A DNA stretch of 64,000 nucleotides, taken from positions 310,001 through 374,000 of the forward strand of contig JASTWF010000340.1 in assembly GCA_030390025.1 (NCBI GenBank), written 5' to 3'. The notes beneath the pieces are model-generated. The model ran no database searches, was not told the DNA's origin, and worked only from the letters and a program-made list of their open reading frames with translations. The position numbers were made by a program, and so were the translations under genes. Origin of the DNA: Squalus acanthias (Eukaryota). Of the stretch, positions 12,701-24,300 are shown piece after piece (positions within the stretch are counted from its first letter, which is position 1; each line of letters starts with the position of its first letter).

Positions 12701-15338
12701 TTAATCCCTTCGTCCAAATAATAATATATAATGTAAACAGCTGGGGCCCCAGCACCGAAACCTGCGGTACCCCGCTGGTCACTGCCTGCCATTCTGAAAA
12801 GTACCCATTTACTCCTACTCTTTGTTTCCTGTGTGCCAGCAAGTTCTCAATCCACGTCAACACATTACCCCCAATCTCATGTGCTTTAACTTTGCACACC
12901 AATCTCTTTTGTTGGACCTTGTCGAAGGCCTTCTGAAAGTCCAAATACACCACATCTACTTGTTCCCCCCCGTCCACCCTATTGGAAATATCCTCAAAAA
13001 ATTCCAGAAGATTTGTCAAGCATGATTTCCCTTTCACAAATCCATGCTGACTTGGACCTATCATGTCGCCACTTTCCAAATGGTCTGTTATGACATCTTT
13101 AATAATTGATTCCATCATTTTACCCACCACCAAATGTCAGGCTGACAGGTCTATAATTCCCTGCTTTCTCCCTCTCTCCTTTTTTAAAAAGAGGGGTTAC
13201 ATTAGCCACCCTCCACTCCTGCGGAACTGATCCAGAGTCTAAGGAATGTTGGAAAATGATCGTCAATGCATCCACTATTTCCAAGGCCACCTCCTTAAGT
13301 ATTCTAGGATGCAGACCATCAGGCACTGGGGATTTATCAGCCTTCAGTCCCAACAATTTCCCCAACACCTTTTCCCGACTGATAAGCATTTCCCTCAGCT
13401 CCTCCCTCTTACCAGATCCTTTGATCTCTTTTATTTCCGGAAGGTTGTTTGTGTCCTCCACAGTAAACACCGAACCAAAGTACTTGTTCAATTGATCTGC
13501 CATTTCTTTGTTCCCCATTATGACTTCCCCTGTTTCTGACTGCAGGGGACCTACATTTGTTTTTACTAACCTCTTTCTTTTTACATATTTATAGAAGCTT
13601 TTGCAGTCCGTTTTAATGTTCTCCGCAAGCTTCCTTTCATATTTTATTTTCCCTGCCCTAATCAAACCCTTCGTCCTCCTCTGCTGAGTTTTAAAGTTTT
13701 CCCAGTCCCTGGGTTTGCTGCTACTTCTGGCCAATTTGTATGCCACTTCCTTGCTTTTAATACTATCCCTGATTTCCCTTGTTAGCCATGGTTGAGCCAT
13801 CTTCCCTTTTTTATTTTTACGCCAGACAGAGATGTACAATTGCTGTAGTTCATCCATGCGATCTCTAAATGTCTGCCATTGTCCTTCCACTGATAACCCC
13901 TTAAATATCGCTTGCCAATCTAACCTCGCCAATTCACGCCTCATACCCTCAAAGTTGCCCTTATTTAAGTTCTGGACCATGGTCTCTGAATTAACTGTTT
14001 CCTTCTCCATCCTAATGTAGAACTCCACCATACTATGGTCACTCTTCCCCAAGGGGCCTCGCACCACAAGATTGCTGATTAGTCCTTCCTCATTACACAA
14101 CACCCAGTCCAGGATGGCCTCCCCTCTAGTTGGTTCCTCAACATATTGGTTTAGGAAACCATCCCTTAAACACTCTAGGAAATCCTCCTCCACCGTATTG
14201 CTTCCAGTTTGAGTAGCCCAATCTATATGCATATTAAAGTCACCCATGATAACTGCTGCGCCTTTTTTGCATGCACCTCTGATTTTCTGTTTCATATCCT
14301 CCCCCACCCCACTACTACTGTTTGGAGGTCTGTACACAACCCCCACTAACGTTTTCTGCCCTTTGGTGTTCTGCAGCTCAACCCATATTGATTCCAAATC
14401 CTCCAAGCTAATGTCCTTCCTAGCTATTGCATTAATCTCCTTTTTAACAAGCAATGCTACCCCACCCCCTTTTCCTTTTATTTTATCCTTCCTGAATGTT
14501 GAATATCCCTGGATATTCAGTTCCCATCCTTGATTGTGCTGGAGCCACGTCTCTGTAATCCCAATCACATAATGGCCCAAAAATTCATCCTGGTGCGCGA
14601 GAGTACGCACTGCGTACACTCGCGTATTCCCTCTTCAATTGCCGGTTTTCTGCATGCACTACGCATGCGCTGAAAACCGGCACTTCATGTCTGGTCAGTT
14701 TCATGGATATGCGAGTAATCGCGTGGGCTGGTGATTCTGCGCGTGCGTCGGAAAATTCATGTATTTTGTGAATGAGAGTAGTGTGTGTAAGCTCCGAGCA
14801 GTTACACATTTTAAAACCAGGAGCAGCAGCCATTTATACATTTGCCGAGATAAGTAGGAGGAAGAAATCCTTTTGGAGTGTGGCTACTGAGGTGAGTTTT
14901 TTAAATTTGAAAGACACAAAAGTTTTAAATGAAGTCTTATATAAGTTAAGAGTTTAAAAAAAAAAATTTAAAAACGGGTTTTGACCATTTGGAGTAGTAT
15001 AGCAACTGTGGGTGTGTACAAGGCATATTTAGGTATCTATCTGTGAAAATGAAAGTTTAAAAATGAACTGTTTACGTTTCAAAAAGTTTTAAAGATGAAA
15101 ATGAGTAAGTAAGTAAGTATGTATGTATGTATGTATGAATTTATGAAAATGTTACAGGTTTGGAAAATCAGCTAGGGCCGTGTGGCGGGTAGATGTGTTC
15201 CCAAGCTGATAGCGCACGTGTCCCACCATAGCCTGACCTGATTTTATAGCCACTCACTTAACTAAAGTTACTTTAACAACTATTTCCATTTTTTCATTAC
15301 AACTTTCAGTTTGAGGAGGAAGCCTGTGTGAGAGAAAG

Positions 15339-16490
15339 ATGCCCTTTTGCAATCGATTGTTCTTCCTCCTCTGTGTGATTACGTATCTGAGAATTTTCGA
15401 ATACAGACAACGAATCAGACGGAGGAACCAAGCCCGTCTCCTCCAGAGAAGGAGAAACTACTACCCACCAAATAGAGTGTACAGGCAGAGGCTGTCATTT
15501 GAGATGCTGTCGGAGGAGCTGTGTGTGAGGAGGCTGCGCTTCAGTAAAGAGTCAATTGGCCGAATCTGTGAGATGTTACAGGAGGACCTTCAAACACGCA
15601 CGAAGAACCGCAATGCATTGTCACTGAGCATGAAGGTAACCACAGCACTGAACTTCTTTGCAAGTGGGACTTTTCAGGCAAGCACCGGTGACATTTGCAA
15701 CATATCCAAGAATGCTGCGAGGGCCTGCATTCACCAGGTCACAGAAGCCATTTACCGTAGGACTTCTGAGTTCATTAAGTATGACTTGTCTGCTCGCCAT
15801 CAAAAGGAGATGGCGCTTGCATTTCATAACATTGCTGGATTCCCCAAAGTGATTGGGGCTGTCGATGGAACCCATGTAGCATTGAAGGCACCAGGGGTTG
15901 CACCTGTGACATTTATCAACAGGAAGGGGTTTCATTCACTGAATGTCCAGATTGTCTGTGATGCGCATCTCAGGATCTTAAATGTGAATGCAGGTAACCG
16001 TGGAAGTAATCATGACTCCTTCGTCCTCCGTAACTCTGACTTATATGGCGTCCTCAACGCATTGCCTCCAGGATCCGCATGGATATTGGGCGACAAGGGC
16101 TACCCGCTAAGACCATGGCTGATGACTCCCTACCGCAAGACCAATAATGAGGCTCAGGAGAGATACAACCAGGCACACGTGTCCACACGGCAAGTGGTGG
16201 AGAGGACAATTGGAGTTCTGAAATCACGCTTCCGGTGCCTGGACAGGTCAGGGGGGACCTTGCAGTATTCTCCTCAGAAAGTGGCAAAGATTGTGGTGGC
16301 CTGTTGTGCTTTGCATAACTTTGCCCTGCAGGAAGGACTGACCCTTAACGCTGCAGATGAACTACCTGCAGAAATGGAGGACGTGGACAATGCCAATGTG
16401 CCTGTGGGAAGGCATGATGTGGAAGAGCCAACTGCTGCTCAAAGTAAGGCTGCAAGGGAGCAGCTGGTAGCCAACACCTTCACGAGGTAG
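15339..16490 (+). CDS. Harbinger DDE transposase (HARBI1-like family), 383 aa, uninterrupted
   Basis: ALNFFASG HTH region; catalytic motifs VIGAVDGTHV, NRKGFHSLNVQIVCD, GSNHDS, ILGDKGY, RQVVERTIGVLKSRF, ACCALHN; probable 5'UTR intron 14892-15309. Confidence 0.95.
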   Translation: MPFCNRLFFLLCVITYLRIFEYRQRIRRRNQARLLQRRRNYYPPNRVYRQRLSFEMLSEELCVRRLRFSKESIGRICEMLQEDLQTRTKNRNALSLSMKVTTALNFFASGTFQASTGDICNISKNAARACIHQVTEAIYRRTSEFIKYDLSARHQKEMALAFHNIAGFPKVIGAVDGTHVALKAPGVAPVTFINRKGFHSLNVQIVCDAHLRILNVNAGNRGSNHDSFVLRNSDLYGVLNALPPGSAWILGDKGYPLRPWLMTPYRKTNNEAQERYNQAHVSTRQVVERTIGVLKSRFRCLDRSGGTLQYSPQKVAKIVVACCALHNFALQEGLTLNAADELPAEMEDVDNANVPVGRHDVEEPTAAQSKAAREQLVANTFTR

Positions 16491-16500
16491 TGTCGCCTTG

Positions 16501-16620
16501 TACCTCCCGCTCCCCCTCCCCTCTCCCCCTCCCCCTCCCCTCTCCCCCTCCCCCTCCCCTCTCCCCCTCCCCCTCCCTCTCCCCATCCCTCTCCCTCTCC
16601 CCCTCCCCCTCCCTCTCCAC
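16501..16620. repeat. (CCCCT)n polypyrimidine tract in the transposase 3'UTR
   Basis: Direct reading; G-runs on the minus strand. Confidence 0.9.
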
Positions 16621-17123
16621 CAGCAAGGCAAATAAAGGTACAGACACAATTTAAAGTGAAACAGTGCTCTTTTATTGCAGCATTACAGACTTCTGAGGTT
16701 CATTGTTGCTTTACATAGTTTATAACTTTTCAATGTTAACTAGCTACTTTTCAACTTTGTAAACAATCGTAAACAGAAATAGGTTTTTCAAAAATTTGTT
16801 AACAGTTCTCAGTAACTTTTTTGCTTCGTTAATGCAGTAAAGACATTCAAGATGGGAAATAACTCTTTCCTATATGTAAACAAGTTTAAATGTTCAATTT
16901 TTTTGTGAAAATAAACAATTTGAATTTTTATAAAGTGACTAAAGGCTGTACTTTTTCAATGAAAAGCTAACTTTCAGTTTCAGTGTCAAATATATATATA
17001 AATAAAGAAAAATGTAAACATGTAAGTTTTAAATAAAACTAAAAAGTAAACACTTGAGAAATTTAACCACAAATAAACTATTCCTGAGGGTCAATGGATG
17101 TGCATTGTGGAACATGCAACACC

Positions 17124-18674
17124 CTAACGTCTCTTGCGCTTTCTTGATTGCATCATCGTTGGTGGCTCTTGGACCTGCACTGATTCTGCGCTGGGAGCAG
17201 GTAAGGTTGGTTCTGATGGAGTCACAGTAATTGCAGCAGAAATTATTCGCATGAGTCCTTCAAGAGACTCATTTATTTTACTAAGCTGCACTCCCACCAG
17301 TCCTTCAAGAGACTCATTTAATTTACTAAGCTGCACTCCCACATCGGGTTTCTGCAACATTCCTTCAAGAAAATCATTTATTTTACTAAGCTGCACTCCC
17401 ACATCGGGTTTCTGCAACATTCCTTCAAGAGACTCATTTATTTTACTAAGCTGCACTCCCACATCGGGTTTCTGCAACATTCCTTCAAGAGACTCATTTA
17501 TATTCTTAAGCTCCATTCCCAGATTTCCCAATCCCTGCTTGACCAAGGTAAGACAATCAACTTCTTTCTCTGAAATAGAAGAGATCGATTGAGTCAAGCC
17601 TACAAGTTGGTGGATGTCACCATGCATCTCCTGTTCTGCTGCATATATATCTGTGTCTCCCACAGGCACTGTAGTATCAAGCTGCTGTCTGTTTGGCACA
17701 GAGCCAGAGGGGCCAGGAGTTGGAGAGGAAGATTGAGAGGACCTCTCCTGCAACCCAGATTCCAGAACCTCCATGATTAATTCAGCAAAAACTTCCTCCT
17801 GCTGCTCCTCCACCAACACCTCACTCGCATCTCCCACTGGCTCAACATGCCCTTCACCAATGACCTCTTCGGCTGCAGACTCAACGCACTGCTCATCCCG
17901 TGACTGAGAAGTATGCTCTAAACCTATGTAAAGGAAACAGTAAAGATTAGCAAAGGTAAAGCATGATGTGCCACATCACAGAAGCTATTCAGCACACATC
18001 ACCTTTGTCGAATCGTTCATTTCCAAAGGGACATCCGCTAAGATATCCAAAGATATGCTCGAGCCTTTCCTCATGTTCGGTTAAAGCCCTTAACATGACA
18101 ACACCACCGCCTGTCAGTGAACGTTCTCTGGCGTTGTGAGCAGTTTTACTCTAAAATTGAAAATGAAAATCTGAAATGTAAGGGTTTTTACACCAAAACT
18201 GCATTGGCACTCACACAGTTAACTCAGTAAGCAACTCAAAGCATTTCAATCAAGATGACATTAGCATTTTATGAGACTTGCCTGGCTACAAAAGCCACAA
18301 AAATTTATGGTAGCATCTTGTGACTTCAGTTAACTCAGCTTAGCAAACAAACACTTTTTCAAGGCTTTTCATTTTAAATGTAAAGACATTTTAACATTGA
18401 CTTTTGTTATAACTATACAAACCTTCAGCGTTCGATATAAATCGCTGAATTTTTTGCGACATTGCTCAGCTGTACGTGGAATGGTCGAGGTTGCGCTCAC
18501 ACTTTGAGCAACCTCTTTCCACGCTGCCATTTGGCCTTTTCGCGGCGGCTTGGACTTCTGAGTTCCAATTATCCGTGAACGTTTCGATTCTACCTCGTCA
18601 AGAAGTGTACGGAGATCATCATCACTGAAATTCTGTGTTCTTTTGATAAATTGGATAGTGCTGATAGCAGCCAT
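17124..18674 (-). CDS. Harbinger Myb/SANT (MSANTD/trihelix-like) DNA-binding protein, 3 exons (18674-18423, 18150-18003, 17923-17124), 399 aa
   Basis: NFSDDDLRTLL..AWKEVA..RTAEQCRKKFSDL; exon 2 SKTAHNARERSLTGGG; GT-AG introns of 272 and 79 bp; 252+148+800=1200 nt open; C-terminal RKRKRR. Confidence 0.88.
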
Positions 18675-21334
18675 TTTCGTTTGCTGATTATAAACAGTTA
18701 AATCTCTGAAAAAAATGATTTCTGTACTTTTAAAAGTACTTAAATTACTTTAAATCTCTTTGCAAATGTTTAACATTACTCAAATTATACTAAAAATCTT
18801 TAAAAGTTTACAAAACCATGCATTTAAAACCTACTTACTGCAAATTCCACCTGAAACAGTGAGAAAACTGTGTCTCCAGCAGCTTTACAATGGCTTCAGT
18901 GGAGAAAAAAATCGGGGGCGTGGCCTATGGAAAAGAGACCTTAATGGGCGTGTCTTCACTCCACATCGCACGCGATGCAACGCGCACGCTGCGCTGCAGG
19001 GCAGTGTGACGTCATACGCTTCCCTGCACTCAATCAGCCAGAAGATGAATTTTCAACGTGGAAAAGAGGAAACGGCAGACGCGGTATGTATTACCGCGCC
19101 TGCTCCTTACACCCGCGGGAACGGAGCCAGATGAATTTCTGGCCCAATATCCGTTAACATCAATTTGCACAGTCAATTCATCCACCTTATTACGGATAAT
19201 CCTTGCATTAAGACACAGAGCCTTTAGGCTTGTTTTATTAACACACTTTGTCCTTTTAGACTTATGATTTAATATGGCCGTTTGTGTTTCTTGCCTTTAT
19301 TTACTCGGATTTCCCTTATTGTTTCTCACCCTTCTCACATTTGTTTCTGACTGCATATTACTTCCCCCTGTTTCGCTACATAGGTTCCCATTCCCCTGCC
19401 ATATTAGTCTAAATCCTCCCGAACTGCCTTAGCAAATATTACCCCGAGGACATCGGTTCCAGTCCTGCCCAAGTGCAGACCGTCCCTTTTGTACAGGTCC
19501 CACTTCCCCCAGAACTGGTTCCAATGCCTCAGGTATTTGAATCCCTCCCTCCTGCGCCACTGCTCAAGCCACGTATTTAATCTCGCTATCCTGTTCATGC
19601 TACTCTGATTAGCATGTGGCACTGGTAGCAACCCAGAGATTACTACCTTTGAGGTCCTACTTTTCAATTTAGCTCCTAGCTCCCTAAATTCTGCTTGTAG
19701 GACCTCTTCCCGCTTTTTACCTATATCGTTGGTACCTACATGCACCACGACAGCTGGCTCTTCACCCTCCCTTTCAAGAATGTTCTGCAGCCGCTCCGAG
19801 ACATCCTTGACCCTTGCAGCAGGGAGGCAACATACCATCCTGGAATCTCGGTTGCGGCCACAGAAACTCCTGTCTATTCCCCTTACAATTGAGTCCCCTA
19901 TCACTATAGCTCTACCACTCTTTTTCCCGCCCTGCTGTGCAGCAGAGCCAGCCATGGTGCCATGAACCTGACTGCTGGTGCCTTCCCCTGGTAGGTCATT
20001 TCCCACAACAGTATCCAAAACGGTATATCTGTTTTGGAGGGAGACGACCGCAGGGGACTCCTGCACTACTTTCCTGATATTGCCCTGCCTCTTGGTCACC
20101 CATTTACTCTCTGACCTAGTCTTTACCTGCGGTGTGACACAGGCTCCTGCGCCTGCTTTCAGTAACCGTAACATTTTCGGACATAATTGCTGGGCAGTTG
20201 GTGGGCAATTAGCCCAAATCTATAAAATATTTAGTATTTCGCCGTCGGTGCGGATCATCTGTCAAGGCGAACCTTGACAGATCGCTGGTTCGGGATTTAG
20301 CGCATACACAAGCACATGCGAAAATCACGAACTTGCGGTAAATTTCAAAGGTGGTATGACGGATGCTCTCTGAGTAGGTCGTCATGCCCACTGCAAAATC
20401 TGCCCCATTAGCTTTAGAGGGTGTGCAGCGCAGATTCACCATAATGATACCGAGGATACAAGGGTTAAACTATGTTGAGAGGTTCTATACTCCTGGCTTG
20501 CATTTCCTCGAGTACAGAAGGTTAAGGGGTGATCTAATTCAGGTGTTTAAGATGATTACAGCATTTAATCTGGTAGAAAGAGAGAAACTATTCCGTCTGG
20601 TGGTAGAGTACAGAACAAGGGCCCATAACATTAAAATTAGTGCTAGGCCCTTTAAGGGTGATGTCAGGAAACTCTTCTGTACACAAAGAGTAGTGGAAAC
20701 CTCGAACGTCACCCAACAGTCGGTTGGGAATAGGGCAATTGAGTATTTCCAAACAGAGATTGATAGATTTTTATTAAGCAAGGGTATTAAGAGTTACAAA
20801 ATCAAGGCATATCGATGGAGTTCGGATATCGATCAGCAATGATCGAATTGAATGGCGAAACAGGCTCATGGAGCTGAATGGCCGAGTTCTGTTCCTATGT
20901 TCCTGTATCCTTAATCTTAGACGTTCCTTAGATGTCCAAAAGGTGCATTTGCGCCATCTTTCGGTGAGCAATGGCCTCTCTAAAGCAGATGACTAACATT
21001 AATTCCTTTTCTATTTTGGTAGAGCATAAATTCATAGCCTGATACAATCTCGCAAAACTGTAATAGGCCATTCCACCCGTCCTGACTGTGAAGGCTCTTT
21101 GAAAGTGTTGTACAATTGAATCCCACAGCCCAGCTTTTACTGTAAAGCTGAAAATTAGCATCCTTCAAGTACATGCCCAATTGTTTGTTCTTATTGAATA
21201 TTTTTTCACTATCTTTTCAGATAGTGCTTTTCCAATTCTAAAAATCATCTGTGTGAAAAAAATTCTACTCCGGTCCCGGTCCCTTTTACTTCTTGTCCCA
21301 ATTATTTTAAATCACTGACCTCTGGTTAAGGCAC

Positions 21335-24300
21335 CTCGAGCCTGTTCCGCCATTTAATGAGATCATGGCTGTTCATCCAAATTCAGTACCCTGTCCCTGC
21401 TTTCTCCCCATATCCCTTGGTCTCTTTAGCCTTAAGAAATGTATCTATCTCCTTCTTGAATATATTTAATGAATTGGCCTCAACTGCCTTCTGTGGTAGT
21501 GAATTCCACAGGTTCACCACTCTCTGGGTGAAGAAATGCATCCTCATCTCAGTCCTAAATGGCTTACCCATTATCCGTAGATTGTGACCCCTTGTTCTGG
21601 ACTCCCCCGCCATCGGGAACATCCTTCCTTCATCTAGACTTTCTAGTCCTGTTAGAATTTTATAAGTTTCAATGAGATACCCTCTCATTCTTCTAAAGTC
21701 CAGCGAATATAAGCCCAATCGACCCAATCTCTCTTCATACGTGATTCCTGCCATCCCAGGTATCAGTCTGGTAAATGTTCGCTGCACTCCCTCCATGGCA
21801 ATAACCTCCTTCCTCAGATAAGGCGAACAAAACTGCACACAATACTCAAGGTGTGGTCTCACCAAGGCCTTATACAACTGCAGCAAGACATCCTTGCTCC
21901 TTTACTCGTACCCTCTCGCTATGAAGACCAACATAACATTTGACTTCTTAACCGGCTGCTGCACATGCATGCTTACCTTCAGCGACTGGTGTACAAGGAC
22001 TCCCAGGTCTCGTTGCACTTCCCCTTTTTCCAATCTATTCCCGTTCAGATAATAATCTGCCTTCCTGTTATTGCCACCTAAGTGGATAACCTCGCATTTA
22101 TCCACATTATACTGCATCTGCCATGCATCTGCCCAATCACCTAACCTGTCCAAATCATACTGGAGTTTCTCTGCATCATCCTCACAGCACACACGCCCAC
22201 CAAGCTTTGTGTCGTCTGCAAACTTAGAGATATAACATCTATTACCCTCGTCTAGATCATTACTATATATTGTGAATAGCTGAGGTCCTAGCACCGATCC
22301 CTGTGGTACCCCACTAATAACTACCTGCCACTCGGAAAAATACCCGTTTATTCCAACGTTTTGCTTCCTGTCTGCCAACCAGTTCTCTATCCAAATCAGT
22401 ACCTCACCCCCAATCCCATGTGCATTAACTTTGCACGCTAATCTCTTATGCGGGACCTTATCGAAAGCCTTCTGAAAGTCCAAATACACCACATCCACTC
22501 TTTCTTCCTTATCTATTCTACCAGTTACATCCTTAAAAAATTCCAGTAGATTAGTCAAGCATGATGTCCCCTTTGTAAATCCATGTTGACTTTGTCACTG
22601 TTTTCCAAGTGCTCTGCTATTACATATTTTGAGAAGTCGCACAACACCAGGTTCTCGTCCAACAGTTTTATTTGAAACCACAAGCTTTCGGAGCTGCTGA
22701 AGTGTTCCCCGACTGGGAGGTTACCTTCAGCAGTCAAGGACATTCAGCCTCGGATCTGCGGGTAAGCGTTCTCCAAGGCGTCCTTCGAGACATACGACAA
22801 CGCAAAATCATCGAGCAGAAACTGATAGCCAAGCTCCGCACCCATGAGGACGGCCTCAACCGTGATCTTCGGTTCATGTCACGCTACATGACGTAGAGCC
22901 ATCCAGACTCGAGTAGTCGTTGGCTTGTTCGCAGATGTGATTTCCAGTAAAAAAAAGTAAAGCGTTTAAAGTTTATGGTTTTCCATACAGACTGCAGCAT
23001 TTGACACATTAGACCCCCTGTGACCCCACCTCATTGTCTTAGTTGTATTCTCCTATGTCTTTGATATAATGCCTTCCTGACTGACTTGATTGTCTCTCTG
23101 CCGAGGTGTGATAAAAGGCAGTCAGAAAGATTAACTGTAGTCGTGTGACATTGTACGCTGCACAGGCATTGTTCTCTGTCTATATATGCTTTGCCGATTC
23201 GTATTCATTCACTTCACCTGACGAAGGAGCTGCAGTTCTGAAAGCTTGTGATTTCAAATAAAACTGTTGGACTATAACCTGGTGTTGTGCGACTTCCCAC
23301 TTTTGTCCACCACAGTCCAACACCGTTATCTCCGCATCATTACATCTTTTATAATGGACTCTAGCATTTTGCCCACTATCGATGTCAGGCTTACCGATAT
23401 ATATATCCCCGTTTTTTCTCTACCACCTTTATGACATAGTGGAGTTACATTAGCTACCCACCAATCCATGGAACTTTTCCAGGGTCTATAGAATTTTGAA
23501 GGATGATCAGCAATGCATCTACTATTTCGGGGGCCACTTCCTTAAGTACCCTTGGATGTAGATTATCAGGCCCTGGAGATTTATCGGCCTTCAATCCCAT
23601 CAATTTCCCGTACACCATTTCCCTACAAATAGTGATTTAATTCAATTCCTCCCTCTCATTAGACCCTATGTTCCCCGACATATCTGGGAGTTTAATTGTG
23701 TCCTCCTTTGTGAAGACAGAACCAAAGTATGTATTTAATTCGTCAGCCATTTCTTTGTTCCCCATTATAAATTCCCATGATTCTGACTGCAAGGGACCTA
23801 CACTTGACTTCACCAATCTTGTTCTCTTCACATATCTAAGAAGCTTTTACTCTCAGTTTTTATGTTCCCTGCAAGCTTACTCTCATACTCTATTTTCCCC
23901 CTCTTAATTAACCCCTTTGTCCTCATTTGCTGAATCCTAAACTGATCCCAATCCTCAGGTTTGCTGCTTTTTCTGGCCAATTTTTATGTCCTCTGGTTCG
24001 ATCTTATGCTATCCCTAATTTCCTTTGTTAGCCACGTCTGAGTCACCTTTTTTGTTTTATTTTTATGTCAAAAAGGGATGAACAAATTCTGTAGTTCATC
24101 CATGCGATCTTTAAATGTTTGCCATTGCCTATCCACCGTCAACCCTTTAAGTAACGCTCCCCAATCCACCCTAGCCAACTCGCGCCTCATACCATCGTAG
24201 TTTCCATTATCTAAATTCAGGACCCTAGTCTCTGAGTCAACTACTTCACTCTCCATCTTAATGAAGAATTCTATCATATTATAACCGCTAATCCCCAAGG

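Larger units (their letters stand above)
14574..19145 (+). mobile_element. Autonomous PIF/Harbinger DNA transposon, 4572 bp
   Basis: TIRs GGCCCAAAAATTCATC (14574-14589) and GATGAATTTCTGGCCC (19130-19145), 14/16 match; AAT TSD at 14571-14573 and 19146-19148; the CR1 copy near 24800 shows the empty site; two convergent genes. Confidence 0.95.
11744..20138 (-). mobile_element. CR1 LINE, 5'-truncated within ORF1, interrupted by Harbinger
   Basis: (AACATAGA)n tail at 11744; ORF2 pieces 13120-14570 (APE endonuclease: GITETW, GDFN, SDH), 12675-13133 and 12101-12667 (RT); ORF1 esterase 19404-20138 (IVIGDSIV, GTNDI, DGLH). Confidence 0.95.
11047..20406 (-). mobile_element. Non-autonomous Harbinger-derived element (own sequence ~11047-11743 + ~20139-20406)
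   Basis: Ends GGCCCAAGAATTGC / GCAAAATCTGCCCC (degenerate TIR), AAT/ATT 3-bp flanks; terminal motifs shared with 14574-19145 in opposite orientation. Confidence 0.7.
10080..20905 (+). mobile_element. Old CR1 ORF2 3' half, split by nested insertions (10080-11046 and 20407-20905)
   Basis: Removing 11047-20406 and one TSD copy restores AGG AAG AAT ATA TTA GCT TTA GAG GGT GTG CAG CGC AGA TTC ACC (RKNILALEGVQRRFT). Confidence 0.85.

Noticed and set aside
15339..16490. Domesticated host gene HARBI1
   Set aside because: Flanked by TIRs and a TSD, paired with a Myb gene and inserted in a CR1; it is a transposon, so no gene symbol was given
16362..16649. RG-repeat protein ORF
   Set aside because: Antisense translation of the C-rich tract
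19404..20174. Cellular GDSL/SGNH esterase genes (also 1351-2304 and 25168-25698)
   Set aside because: These are CR1 ORF1 esterase domains, a known feature of this LINE clade
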